A DNA stretch of 33,288 bases from Neovahlkampfia damariscottae (taxonomy: Eukaryota). Positions within the stretch are counted from its first letter, which is position 1; each line of letters starts with the position of its first letter. This document shows, piece after piece, positions 8,527-20,523 of this stretch. Both the position numbers and the translations under genes were made by a program. Under the pieces are notes generated by a model that was not told the DNA's origin, made no database searches, and worked only from the letters and a program-made list of their open reading frames with translations. The DNA is taken from the NCBI GenBank assembly GCA_016618085.1, contig JABLTG010000196.1:1-33288 (forward strand). Reading direction: 5' to 3'.

Positions 8527-9912
8527 TCACACAAGAAGAAAAAGTAATATCAATCCCAACACGTTGATGTTCATGATTATTTTGCTGCTGGAGTTCACTT
8601 TCTCCTCATAGGAAGATGTATTCAACCAATGAATCATTTCTGATTGAAAATCTAACAAAAAATGAGATAAAAAATAAATTACAACAACGCATTCTTTTTT
8701 CCTGGCAATGAGAAAATGATTCTCTACATTGACCATAAGACATTAACTTTTGAAAAAAAATTACAAAATAGTTTGAAAGTTACATTATAATAAGGATTTG
8801 GACTCCAATACCAACGAGCTGAATTACAAGGATCACTTGAATACAATGGAGAAGAACATTGAAAATTTCTGGGAATCGGTGGTGTATCACCACAAAAATC
8901 ACCTGTATCATCTGATGCATAAATTTCACGACAACCATCACAACCAAATGTTTCACTGACTCCCTTAAAGATATGTTCTAAACCTAATGCATGTCCAATT
9001 TCATGTGATAAAGTTTGATAACCTTTTCTGATAGTTCGTTGATTTAAAAAACCATATCCACTTGGAGGTGGATAGAAGAATCCATTAAAATTTTCTTGAA
9101 CAGGTTTTCCAACTACAATCATAATTGATCCTTCTTTTTTCCAATCTAAACCTTTTTCTCTTGGAACTGCTCCAACTGCTTGTCCAACAGAAATAGTTGT
9201 ATAATTTTGTTTTCCGTCGCTTCCTGTGCATGGATATAACGATAAAGATGAATTAAATTGAAGACCAACATATAAATAATGTATATTGATCAAATATGTT
9301 GCTTCTGAAATTCTATCTATTGCCTCTTTATGCCAATCATCACAGACAAAATGAATCCATTGAAGTTTAATGTATTTATTAAATCGTGTGGTGTAATTAT
9401 TCCTTATTTTTGGATCATCACATGAACCATAATTCCAACAACGTTGTGAAATATCTTCCTTTCTTTTTTGGTTTGTCGATATTAGTTCATTTCCGCAAAT
9501 AGTTTCATTGTTGTTTTCTTCGTCTTTTTGAAGAATTGGACGATTTTCAAATTCTTCTTTTGTTAATACAGGTATATTTATATCAGTTTGAAAATTCTTT
9601 TTGTGTTTTGATAGTTTCAATTTTTCACATTTTCCATAATTGACTATTTTTGTATTATTTTTTATTTTTATTTTTACAATTGGTTAAATTACAAAACTCA
9701 ATATTATTACAATCTTCATTGAGAAGACAAAATTTTTTAAATTTTTTTTCACAATTTCCATGAATTCTTTTTTCTGGATCTGCTGTGCAAAATTCATTTT
9801 CTGAACATTCTTTTGTGAGATGGCAATTGATTAATTTTTCTGATTTAAACTCAGCTGTTTGAATGAATTGAATAAATATTGATAACAACAGCACCAAGCT
9901 CAACTTAAACAT
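8527..9912 (-). CDS. Secreted/GPI-anchored M43 (pappalysin/ulilysin-like) zinc metalloprotease
   Basis: Signal peptide MFKLSLVLLL, HEIGHALGLEH, DFCGDTP, spliced Met-turn NLMSY and a hydrophobic C-terminus. Introns 9644-9677, 8747-8783 and 8652-8682. Confidence 0.85.
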
Positions 9913-10158
9913 TCCAAACAATTTCCACCAATCAAAATGGAAACTAATTGAATACAAGGAAATAACAAGCATCTTTTTCTAGTACAAATTTAAAGATAAA
10001 CAAAAAAATAACTTTCATTTTGATAAAAATTGGTCTTTTCCAAAGTTGAATTAGAATGAATCAATATAATAAAAAGTATTAAAACACAATAAGATTGTAT
10101 CAAATCAAAAGTCCTTTTCTTTTAAAAAACCTGTTTGATTGGTCTATTTTTTCTAAAA

Positions 10159-13100
10159 ATGGATCAAACAAAATCTCAACGTGAAGTCACAGGAAGCAAT
10201 CAAACAAGTGGACAATTAAATAATTACTGGAGCGGTTTCTGGCATGACAGAAAATCATGGGAAGACTTAATAGCATCAAAAGGAAGACCTTCCATGAATG
10301 CTTTTGTGGACAAAGCAAGTACAGAATTAACTTTGACAAAATTACATATTGACGTCAGCATCAATGGAATATTTGCAAAAACCACTTTTCTCATGACTTT
10401 CTTCAATGATTCAAACCAAAAATTATCAGGTGAATTAGTTTTTCCTTTACCTGATGGAGCTGTTGTTTCCGGATTTGTAACAAAAAAAAAAGCTAAAACA
10501 TAAAAAAGGGTCTTGATATTGACGGAGAAATCGTTGATGGAGTTTGTGTTGAAAAACAAAAAGCAAGAATTGCCTTTGAAAAAGAAGTTAGAAAAGGAGT
10601 TGATCCAGGTATCGTTTTTGTTGATATTTAATTTCAAAATTCAAAAGGTTTAATTGAAAAAGTACAAGGAAATAATTTCAAAACAAGAGTTTATCCAATT
10701 GAAGCCCATAATTCTCGTCAAGTTAAAATTGAATTCACAAGTGATTTAACAGTTCACGTAGATGATAAAAAAAAATTTCATGGAATTTATACCTTACCTA
10801 TTGATATTCCAAATTCCTTGAAAGACTTTCAAATGGACGTTGATGTCAATAACTCAAAGGAAAGACCATTTTCTGATACAAAAACAAATTTAAATTTTTC
10901 ATTGGATGAAAAAAACTTTAAATACAGAGCATCTATTAAGAAAGAATCCGACTTTCAAAACGAAATGATGATTATTATTCCTGATGTCTATGAAAAATGC
11001 ACAATTGTTGAAAAAGGGAAACAAAATCCACAAGAAACTTATTTTTGTATTTGTGACTTCATTAAAGAAAAACAAGAAAAAAAAGAAGCCAAAAAAATAC
11101 AAAAAATAGGTATCATTTGGGACTCTTCTTTCTCAAGATCAAAGCAAAATTTATCAAATGATTTCGAAGTCGTTCAAAAAGTCCTTTCCAAATTCCAAGA
11201 ATCAAATGAAGCAACATTCAATGTTGAAATTCTCACCATGAGACATAAATGTGAATTCGAAAAACAATTTGAAGTCAAAAATGACAAAGATATTGAACAG
11301 ACTGTCAATTATTTAAAAAATGATATTTTCTATGATGGAGGTACTAATTTAGGTTCAATACCTGTAAAATCAAAAGAATCATCATCCATAGATTTCTACC
11401 TTTTATTTTCAGATGGTATTGGTAATTTAGGAAAAGATATTCCTGATAAACAATATAAAGCTCCTATTTATGGATTTGGTTCCGAATTAAGTTCAAATCA
11501 TAAACTCTTAAGTTACATCTGTGAAAAATCAGGTGGGATTTATAACAATTTAAAAGTAAACCTTATCAAAAATGCAGTTGATCAAGTTGGAAGTGAAATA
11601 TTTGGGTTTTTAGATTGTGATTATGATATGGAAGCAATTGATGATATGTTTCCTTGCAAATTCACAGCGATCAGTTCAAATCATGGAAGAATTCTTTTTA
11701 CTGGAAAATTATTAAAAGATGAAACTGAAATAACTTGTAATTTTGGTTATGGTTCAACTGTTACAGAATCAAGAAAATATAAAATTTCTAAATCAGAGTT
11801 GAAATGTGAATCAACATCTCATGTTCAATTTAGATGGGCAGAAAACAAAATTTCTGAATTAGAAATATTTTCAACTGAAAACAAAGATGAAATATTAAGT
11901 CTTGGAAAAGAATTTTCCATTGTTACTTCAAATACATCTTTAATGGTGTTGGAAACACTCGAACAACATTTGGAACATAAAATTGTTCCTGCTAAATCAA
12001 GAAAACAAATGTATGAGGAATATATGAGTAGAATCAACTTGGAAAATTCATCAAAGCAAAAAGAAATTACTTCCAAGTTACAAACTATCAAAGGATATTA
12101 CACCAATAGAAAAGCGTGGTACAATCAAACACATCAACCAAAAAGAGTAAATTCAACTGTTTCATCTCAACCAAGCGGATTTGGGACAAGTGACTCTCTT
12201 CTTCAATCAAATTTGTCAGCTCCACCTCCACCTTCAGCATCAACTGAATCATTGTTTTCAGATATGAATAATCTTGTAGCATCTCAAAATACATCATTAG
12301 ATTCTTTGAGTTCGAAATTAGAGTCAGTCAAAAATTTATCCATGAGCATTAATGAAGAATTGTCTGAACAGTCTGAAATGCTCCAGGATTTAGATGTAAA
12401 ATCAGAACCACTTACTAAGATGGCCTCAAGTTTTTCAAAGAAATCAAAGAAAGTAAACAATTCTAAGGCATCATCCAGTATGAAACAGGATGGTTTGATG
12501 GACTCAAAAACAAGTGAAAATTCGTCATCTACTGTCGACAATGGACCAAGTATTTCTGTCAAAGCTTGGTAAACTAAAATTATTTTTAACAACAAAAAGG
12601 GATCCAAATACACCTTATTTATCAAAAATAAAAGAAAAATCAACTGTTAAAGAAATGTATGTTGAGTATATTAATCAAAGAAAAGAATTCAAAGATTCAC
12701 CTGCTTTCTATTTAGATTGCGCAGAATTCTTTTTCTCAAAGAAAGAAAAGGAATTAGGTATAAGAATAATCAGTTGTGTTGTTGAATTGGAGCTTGAAAA
12801 TGTTCAATTGTTTAGAGCATTGGCTTATAAAATGGAATCTGAAAATGAAATTTCATTGGCTACTTACTGTTATGAAAAAATCTTAGAACTAAGACCTGAA
12901 TACCCTCAACCTTATAGAGATTTAGCTTTAATTTATTACAAACAAGAAAAATATGAAAAAGCGGTTCAATTACTTTACAAAGTGCTTATTGGCAAATGGG
13001 ATCAAAGATTCAGTGGAATGGAAGCTGTTGCTCATATGGAATTGAATCATATTATCTCTAAAGTGAAACAACTTGAATCAAAAGATTCATCAAGAAAGAA

Positions 13101-13535
13101 AATCAAAATTCCATTAGATGATGAATTAACTCAATTATTAGAGTAAGCAAAGAATTTTAATAACCAATAAGTTGTGATATTCGTGTTGTTTTTGGTTGGG
13201 ACTCTGATGATACATGTATTGATTTATGGGTCACAGAACCTGATGGATCAAAATGTTATTATGGAACTAAAACAACTCAAGGAGGTGGTTTCTTATCTCG
13301 AGATATTATGGAAGGTTTAGGTCCAAATGAATATTTCATTAAAGATGCATATTCAGGTGAATTTCAAGTTACAGCTAATTATTATTCAAATTATCAGCAA
13401 TCCTTGACTGGGGCAACTATCATTTTTTGTAAAGTTTGGAGAAATTTTGGAAGAGAAAATGAAACATGTGAAATGGTTATTAGTAGAATCACAAAGCAAG
13501 GAGAAACTGTTCCATTAGCAACAATTAAAATTTAA
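10159..13535 (+). CDS. VIT + vWA-like + TPR + DUF2135 (YfaP-like) protein
   Basis: Spliced VIT motif [12 protein letters not shown]...[41 protein letters not shown], TPRs and [19 protein letters not shown]. Introns 10477-10508, 10609-10647, 12569-12599 and 13143-13171. Confidence 0.85.
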
Positions 13536-13550
13536 TTTACAAAGATTTAT

Positions 13551-14950
13551 TTAAACTTTTGTTCCAAAATCCATATTACCCAATAACATCCCAAATCCAT
13601 CAGCAACTTTTCCATCTTCCTTTCTTGTGAGTTGTTGAACGTAGTCTTGAATTTTATCATTTTCAGGAACTTTATGAGCCCACATTGCCATTGTACTTTT
13701 TAATTTATCTTTTCGATCTTTAACTACTGCTGAAACCATAATTTTAGAAGAACCCCAACCTCCAAAATCAACAAATGAAATATCTTTGTAAAGAATTTTT
13801 CGTTCATCAATTTTTTGATAAATTGTTGATGAAAACATAAAGAATTTATAAGCCTTCATTGATTTTGGTTTACCACCTTGTTTTTTAACCATATCAACAT
13901 ACACAGGTTTACAAAATTCGCCATCTTCACTAAAATTTTTACCAACCAACATGAATGTTTGTGTATCTGCATCATAAGTACAAGAATCAGCACGTTTTGA
14001 AAATCTTGGATCAAATGGAAAAGGCATTGAAAAATCCAATGCACAGACATTCAAATCTCTTTTGTATTTTCTAATTTCTTCTCCTTTTTTATTTTTATTG
14101 TATAATTTGACCAAATCATCATATTCATAATAATCCAAATTTTGAATTCTACCACAATTTGGATCTTGTTTCATCATCATTTCATTTGAAAAATAACTCA
14201 AAAGGGTTTGATCGAATGTGCAATCAACAATAGTTTCAATTTTGATAACATGAACATGATTGGAAATTTTAGCTTCGGGTAAATAATTGGTGTTGGAAAT
14301 AAATGCATTTACTTGTTCCTTGACTTTTGAACCAACTAACTAGACATATTCATTTTAGAAAAAAAAAAGATTTTTACCTTCCAATTGTAGTTATCTTCAT
14401 GAAGATGTTTAAAAAAATCAAAATCTTTGTCATCAATAAATGGATGTGTGAAGTATTCATTTTGATAAGAGTAATCATAAGTAATGGCTGGAGAGACAAC
14501 TGAGCTATCATGTTTAAATTGAGTCATTATTTTTTCGCATTCAGCTGTTCTGACAAATCTTTTGAATGAATCATGTTTTAAAACACCTGATACTACTTTA
14601 AAGCATTCTGAAAATAATTGTTCTGGTGTGATTTCCAAAACCCATTTATCGCCTTCGTCCTTTTGTGCTTCATAATTTTTTAGAGCTTTTCCTCTGAGTT
14701 CTCCTGAAATGTTTAATTCTTGTTTTCCACCAAGAAAAATGAAAGTTTCCATGATTTCTGAGCATTTTTTTACTTTTTGTTTTTCTTCTTTGACGGTTTC
14801 TAAGTTTTTGACAGCTGTCAAAAAGTCAATAGATTCTGAACTGTGTTCTGTCACAAGAAACTTTTTGAATGCACTTGACATTCTTTTGTTGGTATACACC
14901 GAATCAAAGTGTACCATAAACTTTGTTTTATCAAACTTTTCTTCAGTCAT
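13551..14950 (-). CDS. RGS-domain protein with uncharacterised (possibly START-like) C-terminal region
   Basis: FKKFLVTEHSSESIDFL...ELNIS...DSFKRF is an RGS signature. Intron 14340-14377 joins ORFs 14336-15037 and 13551-14201. ATG at 14950 with TGATTGG at 14961. Confidence 0.8.
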
Positions 14951-15119
14951 TAAAGCAGTTTGATTGGACAACAGAAGTATCGGTATTTTTATAGTTGTTT
15001 TAGGAAATTTGTGTGTTCTGTTATCATTTTTTACCAATTTTTCAAATTTCTGATAGATGAGTCAACAAAAATAAACCGTTTTTCCTACACCAATCATGAT
15101 TCTTTATTTTTCTTTTGTG

Positions 15120-15454
15120 ATGTCAGCGGAAACTGAAACTGAAAACTTCATAAAAAGTGATGAGAATTTGTTTTTCAAAATAATAGAAACATCTAAAACT
15201 GAAATTAAATTCAACATTGAAACTGATTTCGAATTCATTCTAAAAATAAAGGATGAAGGAAAATTTGAAATAAGTTCAGAAGAATTTTTGGATGACTGGG
15301 TTATATCTATGAATAATTATTGTTCAGAAGGAAAGAAAACAGTCCAGGAAGTTCTACTTCAAGTTTGTCTTTTTTAATTTTACCATATTTTTTAGGCAAC
15401 ACAAGAATACAAAGAATTAATCTCTTCAGCAGAAGATATAATTTACATCACTGA
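15120..15454 (+). CDS. Small hypothetical host protein
   Basis: ATG at 15120 after a CCAATCA box (15090). GT-AG intron at about 15363-15395 and a short second exon ending in TGA. Confidence 0.5.
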
Positions 15455-15652
15455 ATAATTTATTTTCAATTGACTTGAATTTCTGCAGATCAAAGATTCA
15501 GAGTTAAAGAGAATAAAGTTAACATATAAAACTTGTTTTTGTATTTTATACTACGTTAACTTTTAGATCTCCATCTCCTCAAACGTTTAAATACTCCTCA
15601 GAAAATTCCTAAATATGAAGCACCATCAGTTTTTATTCGTCCATTTTTTTTC

Positions 15653-17521
15653 ATGCTCAAAACTTTTATCAAACAACAGTTCAAAAATTTTAGGTACAAA
15701 AGACACAACTTTACAAATTTTTTTGAACAAAATAAACTAAAATCATCAACAGATCCATCTCCAGGACTCTATTCAATACAAAATTTAAATCAACCAAAAG
15801 ATTTTCACACAAAAGCTGAAGAAGCAACAAATAAAATTCAAAATTATGTAACAGAGATATTATCAACAGAAATAAAATCAGTTTCAAATGCCAAGAAGAT
15901 TATTTCTTCACTTGATGATATATCCAACGAATTGTGTTTAGTTTTAGATCCTTGTTCATTATGTTCGGTTTCACATCCAAAGGATGAATGGATAAATGCT
16001 GCAAATGAAACAATGCAAAATTTTGGAAGCTTACTACATGGATTAAATACAAATACAGGAATTCATCAAAAAATGTGTGAAATACTTCAACACGAAAAAA
16101 TATTTGAACAATTAGGTGAACAGGAAAAACGATTAGTCAAACTTTTCAAACAAGATATGGAAAAACAAGGTGGTTCACATTTATCAGAAGCTAATAAGAT
16201 GAAAGTTATTCAAATCAACCAAAATATTGATATAGTCATAATGAATCTTACTAATGCTATTAATGACTCAGAATATGAAAATTCAGAAAAACTATTGAAA
16301 GAATTGATTAATTTAAGACATGATTTAGCATCCATTTTGGAATATCCATCATACTCTCATTTGTTTTTGTCTGATCAAATGATACAAAAACCAGAAAAAG
16401 TTGAAGACTTTTTGAATGAAATTTATTCATTAATTCAAGAAAAAATTCAATTTGAATTACAGTTATTAGAAACTAATTTACCAAAAGAAGAAGCTAAAAA
16501 TTTAACAACTGATAATTTTTATGCCAAATCAAGAAAAATTTCAAAACATTTAACACAAGTGAAACCATTGGCCGCTTATTTTTCATTGGAAAATTGTTTC
16601 AATGGATTAAATTTGATATGTCAAAGACTCTTTGGTATCACTTTGAAACCATGTGAAGTCCATCCAAATGAAATCTGGCATGAAGACGTCAGAAAAATTG
16701 AATTTCATCATGAAACTGAAGGAAATTTAGGTCATTTATATCTTGACTTATTTGCAAGAGAAAAAAAGATTGATGCTTCTGCAACTTCAACAATAGCCGT
16801 TGGTAAAAAAATTTCCGAAAGTGAATATCAAAATCCAATTGCTGCTCTATTGATTTCTTATTCAAAAATGGGAAAAATTACATTTTTAAATCTACAAGAA
16901 GTTGAGACTTTGTTTCATGAATTTGGACATGCATTGCATACTATTTTAGGAAGAACGGATTTTCAAAATACATCTGGCACCAGAACAACTTTGGATTTCA
17001 TTGAAACACCATCTCAATTTATGGAACATTTTGCATTGGACTACAGAGTTGTGTCACAGTTTGCGAAACATCATCAAACAGGTGAAATCATACCAGAAGA
17101 ATTATTGAATCGTTACAAAGTTGAAAAAAATTTATTTTCATGTTTAAAAATTGAAAGAGAAATAATTAAATCTATCATTGATGTGAAAATGTATGGTGTT
17201 CAAAATTACGAATCCTTTTCAAAAATATCTAATGAAGTATTGACCAATTACAGCAGTTTGGCTTTCACTAATTCAGATTTCCATGTGACAATTCATTCAA
17301 CTAACTATGCTGCTGGATATTATAGTTATACCTATTCTAAAGTTTTTAGTTCTCATATTTGGCATAAATATTTCGCCAATGACCCATTAAACAGAGAAGC
17401 AGGTGAAAGATTAAGAAGAAAATTTTTACAATATGGAGGAATTAAATCACCAAAAGAAATCTTATTAGAAATGTTAGAAGAAGAACCAAATCCAAAATAT
17501 CTCATAAAAGATTTGATTTAA
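15653..17521 (+). CDS. MIPEP: Mitochondrial intermediate peptidase (M3 family)
   Basis: Basic N-terminal presequence, YLDLFARE, TLFHEFGHALH, DFIETPSQFME and YAAGYYSY. Confidence 0.88.
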   Translation: MLKTFIKQQFKNFRYKRHNFTNFFEQNKLKSSTDPSPGLYSIQNLNQPKDFHTKAEEATNKIQNYVTEILSTEIKSVSNAKKIISSLDDISNELCLVLDPCSLCSVSHPKDEWINAANETMQNFGSLLHGLNTNTGIHQKMCEILQHEKIFEQLGEQEKRLVKLFKQDMEKQGGSHLSEANKMKVIQINQNIDIVIMNLTNAINDSEYENSEKLLKELINLRHDLASILEYPSYSHLFLSDQMIQKPEKVEDFLNEIYSLIQEKIQFELQLLETNLPKEEAKNLTTDNFYAKSRKISKHLTQVKPLAAYFSLENCFNGLNLICQRLFGITLKPCEVHPNEIWHEDVRKIEFHHETEGNLGHLYLDLFAREKKIDASATSTIAVGKKISESEYQNPIAALLISYSKMGKITFLNLQEVETLFHEFGHALHTILGRTDFQNTSGTRTTLDFIETPSQFMEHFALDYRVVSQFAKHHQTGEIIPEELLNRYKVEKNLFSCLKIEREIIKSIIDVKMYGVQNYESFSKISNEVLTNYSSLAFTNSDFHVTIHSTNYAAGYYSYTYSKVFSSHIWHKYFANDPLNREAGERLRRKFLQYGGIKSPKEILLEMLEEEPNPKYLIKDLI

Positions 17522-17535
17522 ATTTTCATTATTTT

Positions 17536-19080
17536 TTAACTTGCAACAATTGAAAAACAAGCAATTGGAATGGTTGAATTCTCTTTATACATCAATTCAA
17601 AACTGAACAAAAAAGTAGTATCCAATCTTGATTTCATTGAAATTTTGAATTTTTTTTCATTTTTGTTATGTGATTTCTTTACTTTTTGTAAAAATGAATC
17701 AAAATCTTCTGAGTGGACAATATCTGATAATGAAATAACTTTTTTTGAAATTTCTTCAGGTGAAAAATTGAACATTTCAGCGCATGTTCTATTGATGCTT
17801 AAAATTTGACCTTGAAGTGAAACAAACATCATTGGTAATGAACTTTTTTCAAAACCAGTACTGAAAGGAGTTGATACAGATTGTGTTGGTTTTGTTTGTA
17901 AAATTAATTGTCTTTTAGATATATTCTTTGCTTTTAATTCTGCAATTTGTTGTTTTTGTTTGACAATCAAATTTTCTAATCTTAAAATTTCTTTTTTTTC
18001 TTTTGTATCTTTACCCTTTTTTAAATTAAATGCACTTGCTATCGATTTTAATTCATTTGATAAATATTCATCAAATTTATTCCATTTATTTTTTTTTCGA
18101 TTATTTACATTTGTTTCAGGTGATATTTGTCTTTCTTGTTGATTTTGTGAATTTCGTTGATTTTGATTTTGTTCAGGTGATCCTATATTTTGATTTTGAG
18201 GTGGTGATATTTTAGTATTTTCATCAAATGATAAAGATGTTTCTCTTGTTGTTAAAAATGTATTAAAATCATCTTCATTAATGAATGGACTTGTTATTTC
18301 TTCATTTAAATCTAAAAGATCCATATTTTCTAATAAATCAATATCAAAATCACCAAATTCATGATCCAATGAAATAGTTGAATAAAAACCCATTGATTTA
18401 CGTTTATCTTGAGATTCTCTATTACAAACTAAACCTAAATTTTCACATCTTCTACAATTTGAATTATATCCTTCTAAACATGTTTCATTAGATAATTTAC
18501 AATTGCTACAAGTGATTTGATAAATTTCTGGTAATGATAATCTTTTTTTTGTTGGTTTAAATTCTCTTAAGTCTTCTGTTGGATCAAATTCTGAAGAAGT
18601 TCTTTTTTTTGATGTTTCAGATGTTTCAGAAGGTGCATTAGATCCTTGGAGTTTTTTTCTTCTTGGAGACTTTCCTCTTGGTGGTGAATTTGATGAACGA
18701 CGATGTGGTGAATTGGACCTTGAATGGTGTGGTGAATTTGGCAATGAAATTGCTGTAAAATTATATTCAGGTGATTTTCCATTCACTGGAGATGTTGGTT
18801 TTGACATAAATTGATGTTCTTTGTTTTGTTTTTTTTCTGTAAGTTTTGAAGTGAAATCTCTGAATTGATCTTTGAAACTTTTTTTTGTTAAATCAGTGGG
18901 TGATTCTACTGGTGTCATATAAACTGCTTCTTTTGTTGGAGAGAAGTCAAAAAAGTTATCATTTTCTTCTACCATTTTATCCTCTTCTGATATCGTGTTT
19001 AATTTGCTATCTGAAATTCTTTGTGATATTTTTAATTTTACAACTCTCAGTTTTGACATATTTTCATTATTGTTGGACAT
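17536..19080 (-). CDS. Zn2Cys6 (GAL4-like) and PAS-domain transcription factor
   Basis: CSNCKLSNETC...CRRCENLGLVC, coiled coil, then PAS (VSLQGQILSINRTCAEMFNFSPEEI...DIVHSED). First ATG at 19080 follows TGATTGG at 19127. Confidence 0.8.
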   Translation of the reverse strand: MSNNNENMSKLRVVKLKISQRISDSKLNTISEEDKMVEENDNFFDFSPTKEAVYMTPVESPTDLTKKSFKDQFRDFTSKLTEKKQNKEHQFMSKPTSPVNGKSPEYNFTAISLPNSPHHSRSNSPHRRSSNSPPRGKSPRRKKLQGSNAPSETSETSKKRTSSEFDPTEDLREFKPTKKRLSLPEIYQITCSNCKLSNETCLEGYNSNCRRCENLGLVCNRESQDKRKSMGFYSTISLDHEFGDFDIDLLENMDLLDLNEEITSPFINEDDFNTFLTTRETSLSFDENTKISPPQNQNIGSPEQNQNQRNSQNQQERQISPETNVNNRKKNKWNKFDEYLSNELKSIASAFNLKKGKDTKEKKEILRLENLIVKQKQQIAELKAKNISKRQLILQTKPTQSVSTPFSTGFEKSSLPMMFVSLQGQILSINRTCAEMFNFSPEEISKKVISLSDIVHSEDFDSFLQKVKKSHNKNEKKFKISMKSRLDTTFLFSFELMYKENSTIPIACFSIVAS

Positions 19081-19286
19081 CAGCGGCGTAGGAATGTTAT
19101 TTAACAACACCTGAGGTACAGAAAAATGATTGGTGGAATTTTTAACAAAAAGTGATTTGTTATTCTCCAATATCGGATATTTTTCTGCAATGTAGAAAAT
19201 TGATTGAATTTAATTCAATTTGATTATTCTTCAAATCATTGGTTCTCTAACTACACCAATCATCTTCCACACAAATTCAAAAAAAG

Positions 19287-20410
19287 ATGGGTTTAAGTTA
19301 CAGTCAACCTGAAACAGAAACAAGTATAAATTTGCTCACTGATTACAAAGAATCACAAATACAAAATGAAGGAAATATCATTACTAACTTTTTGGATTCC
19401 ATTGAATTATTTTGTCAACGATACAGTTCTACGATTACAGTCACAACCACATTGGGTTCACTTTATTTCATGTACAAAATGTTTCCAAAATCTACACCTA
19501 AAAAAGCAAAATTAATTGGAGAACAAGTTTCAGTTCACTGGACAGACATTGTAAAAGAAAAACAAAAATTAACATAAAAAAGATTGGTTCTGAAGATGCA
19601 AAAGAAGCATTAATAGAAGCAGCTATATCACCTTATAAATATCCAGAGTTATATCATGGACTTCATGGAAGCAAAGGAATTCTATTATATGGATTACCTG
19701 GAACTGGTAAAACAATCTTAGCAAAGGCATTGGCTACTGAATCAAAATCAAATTTTTTCCACATAACATCTGCAGATATTAATGATAAATACTTTGGTGA
19801 AAGTGAAAAAATCATACGAAATTTGTTTGAAATTGCTAAAGAGAATAGTCCATCCATTATTTTCATTGATGAAATTGATTCAATTTGTAGTGATAGAACA
19901 ATGGATTCAAAGCACCATGTTAATAATATAAAATCAGAATTACTCATTCAAATGCAAGGAATTGATGATTGTCCAGGAGTTGTTGTAGTTGGAGCTACAA
20001 ATATTCCTTGGGTGATTGATTCAGGATTTGTTAGAAGATTTCAAAGAAGAATTTATATTCCTTTACCAAATGAAACTGAAAGAAAAGATATATTTGAATT
20101 AAATCTTAACAAATTTTCACATTCAATTTCAGAGAATGAATTAATAAAGTTGGCAAAATTTACAGATGGATATTCTGGATCAGATATTTCTGTAATTGTT
20201 AAGAATTCAAAATTGAAATCAATACGTGAATATTTATTTTTATTGGATGATAAAAATGAATTTGAAGAAAAATTGAAATTGAATTCATCCAATGAAAAGC
20301 ATTCTGTTTGTATTACTTTCAATGATGTGATTGAAACCATTAAAATTATAAAACCATCCATTTCGTCACACCAAAGAAAATTGTTAGAAGAATTTTCGAA
20401 AAGATTTTGA
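19287..20410 (+). CDS. VPS4/katanin/spastin-clade AAA ATPase with N-terminal hydrophobic segment
   Basis: Intron 19551-19582 joins WTDI to IGSEDAKEAL...GILLYGLPGTGKT. Also IIFIDEID, GATNIPW..D..FVRRF and TDGYSGSDI. Confidence 0.88.
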
Positions 20411-20523
20411 ATTATACTCACTCATAGGAGAAAATAAAATTACTTTGTATTCATATTCATCATTGGAAATGTTGATTAAGTATTTTATTTTTTTTTTGAT
20501 TCAAAAAAATCTTTATTAAAACT

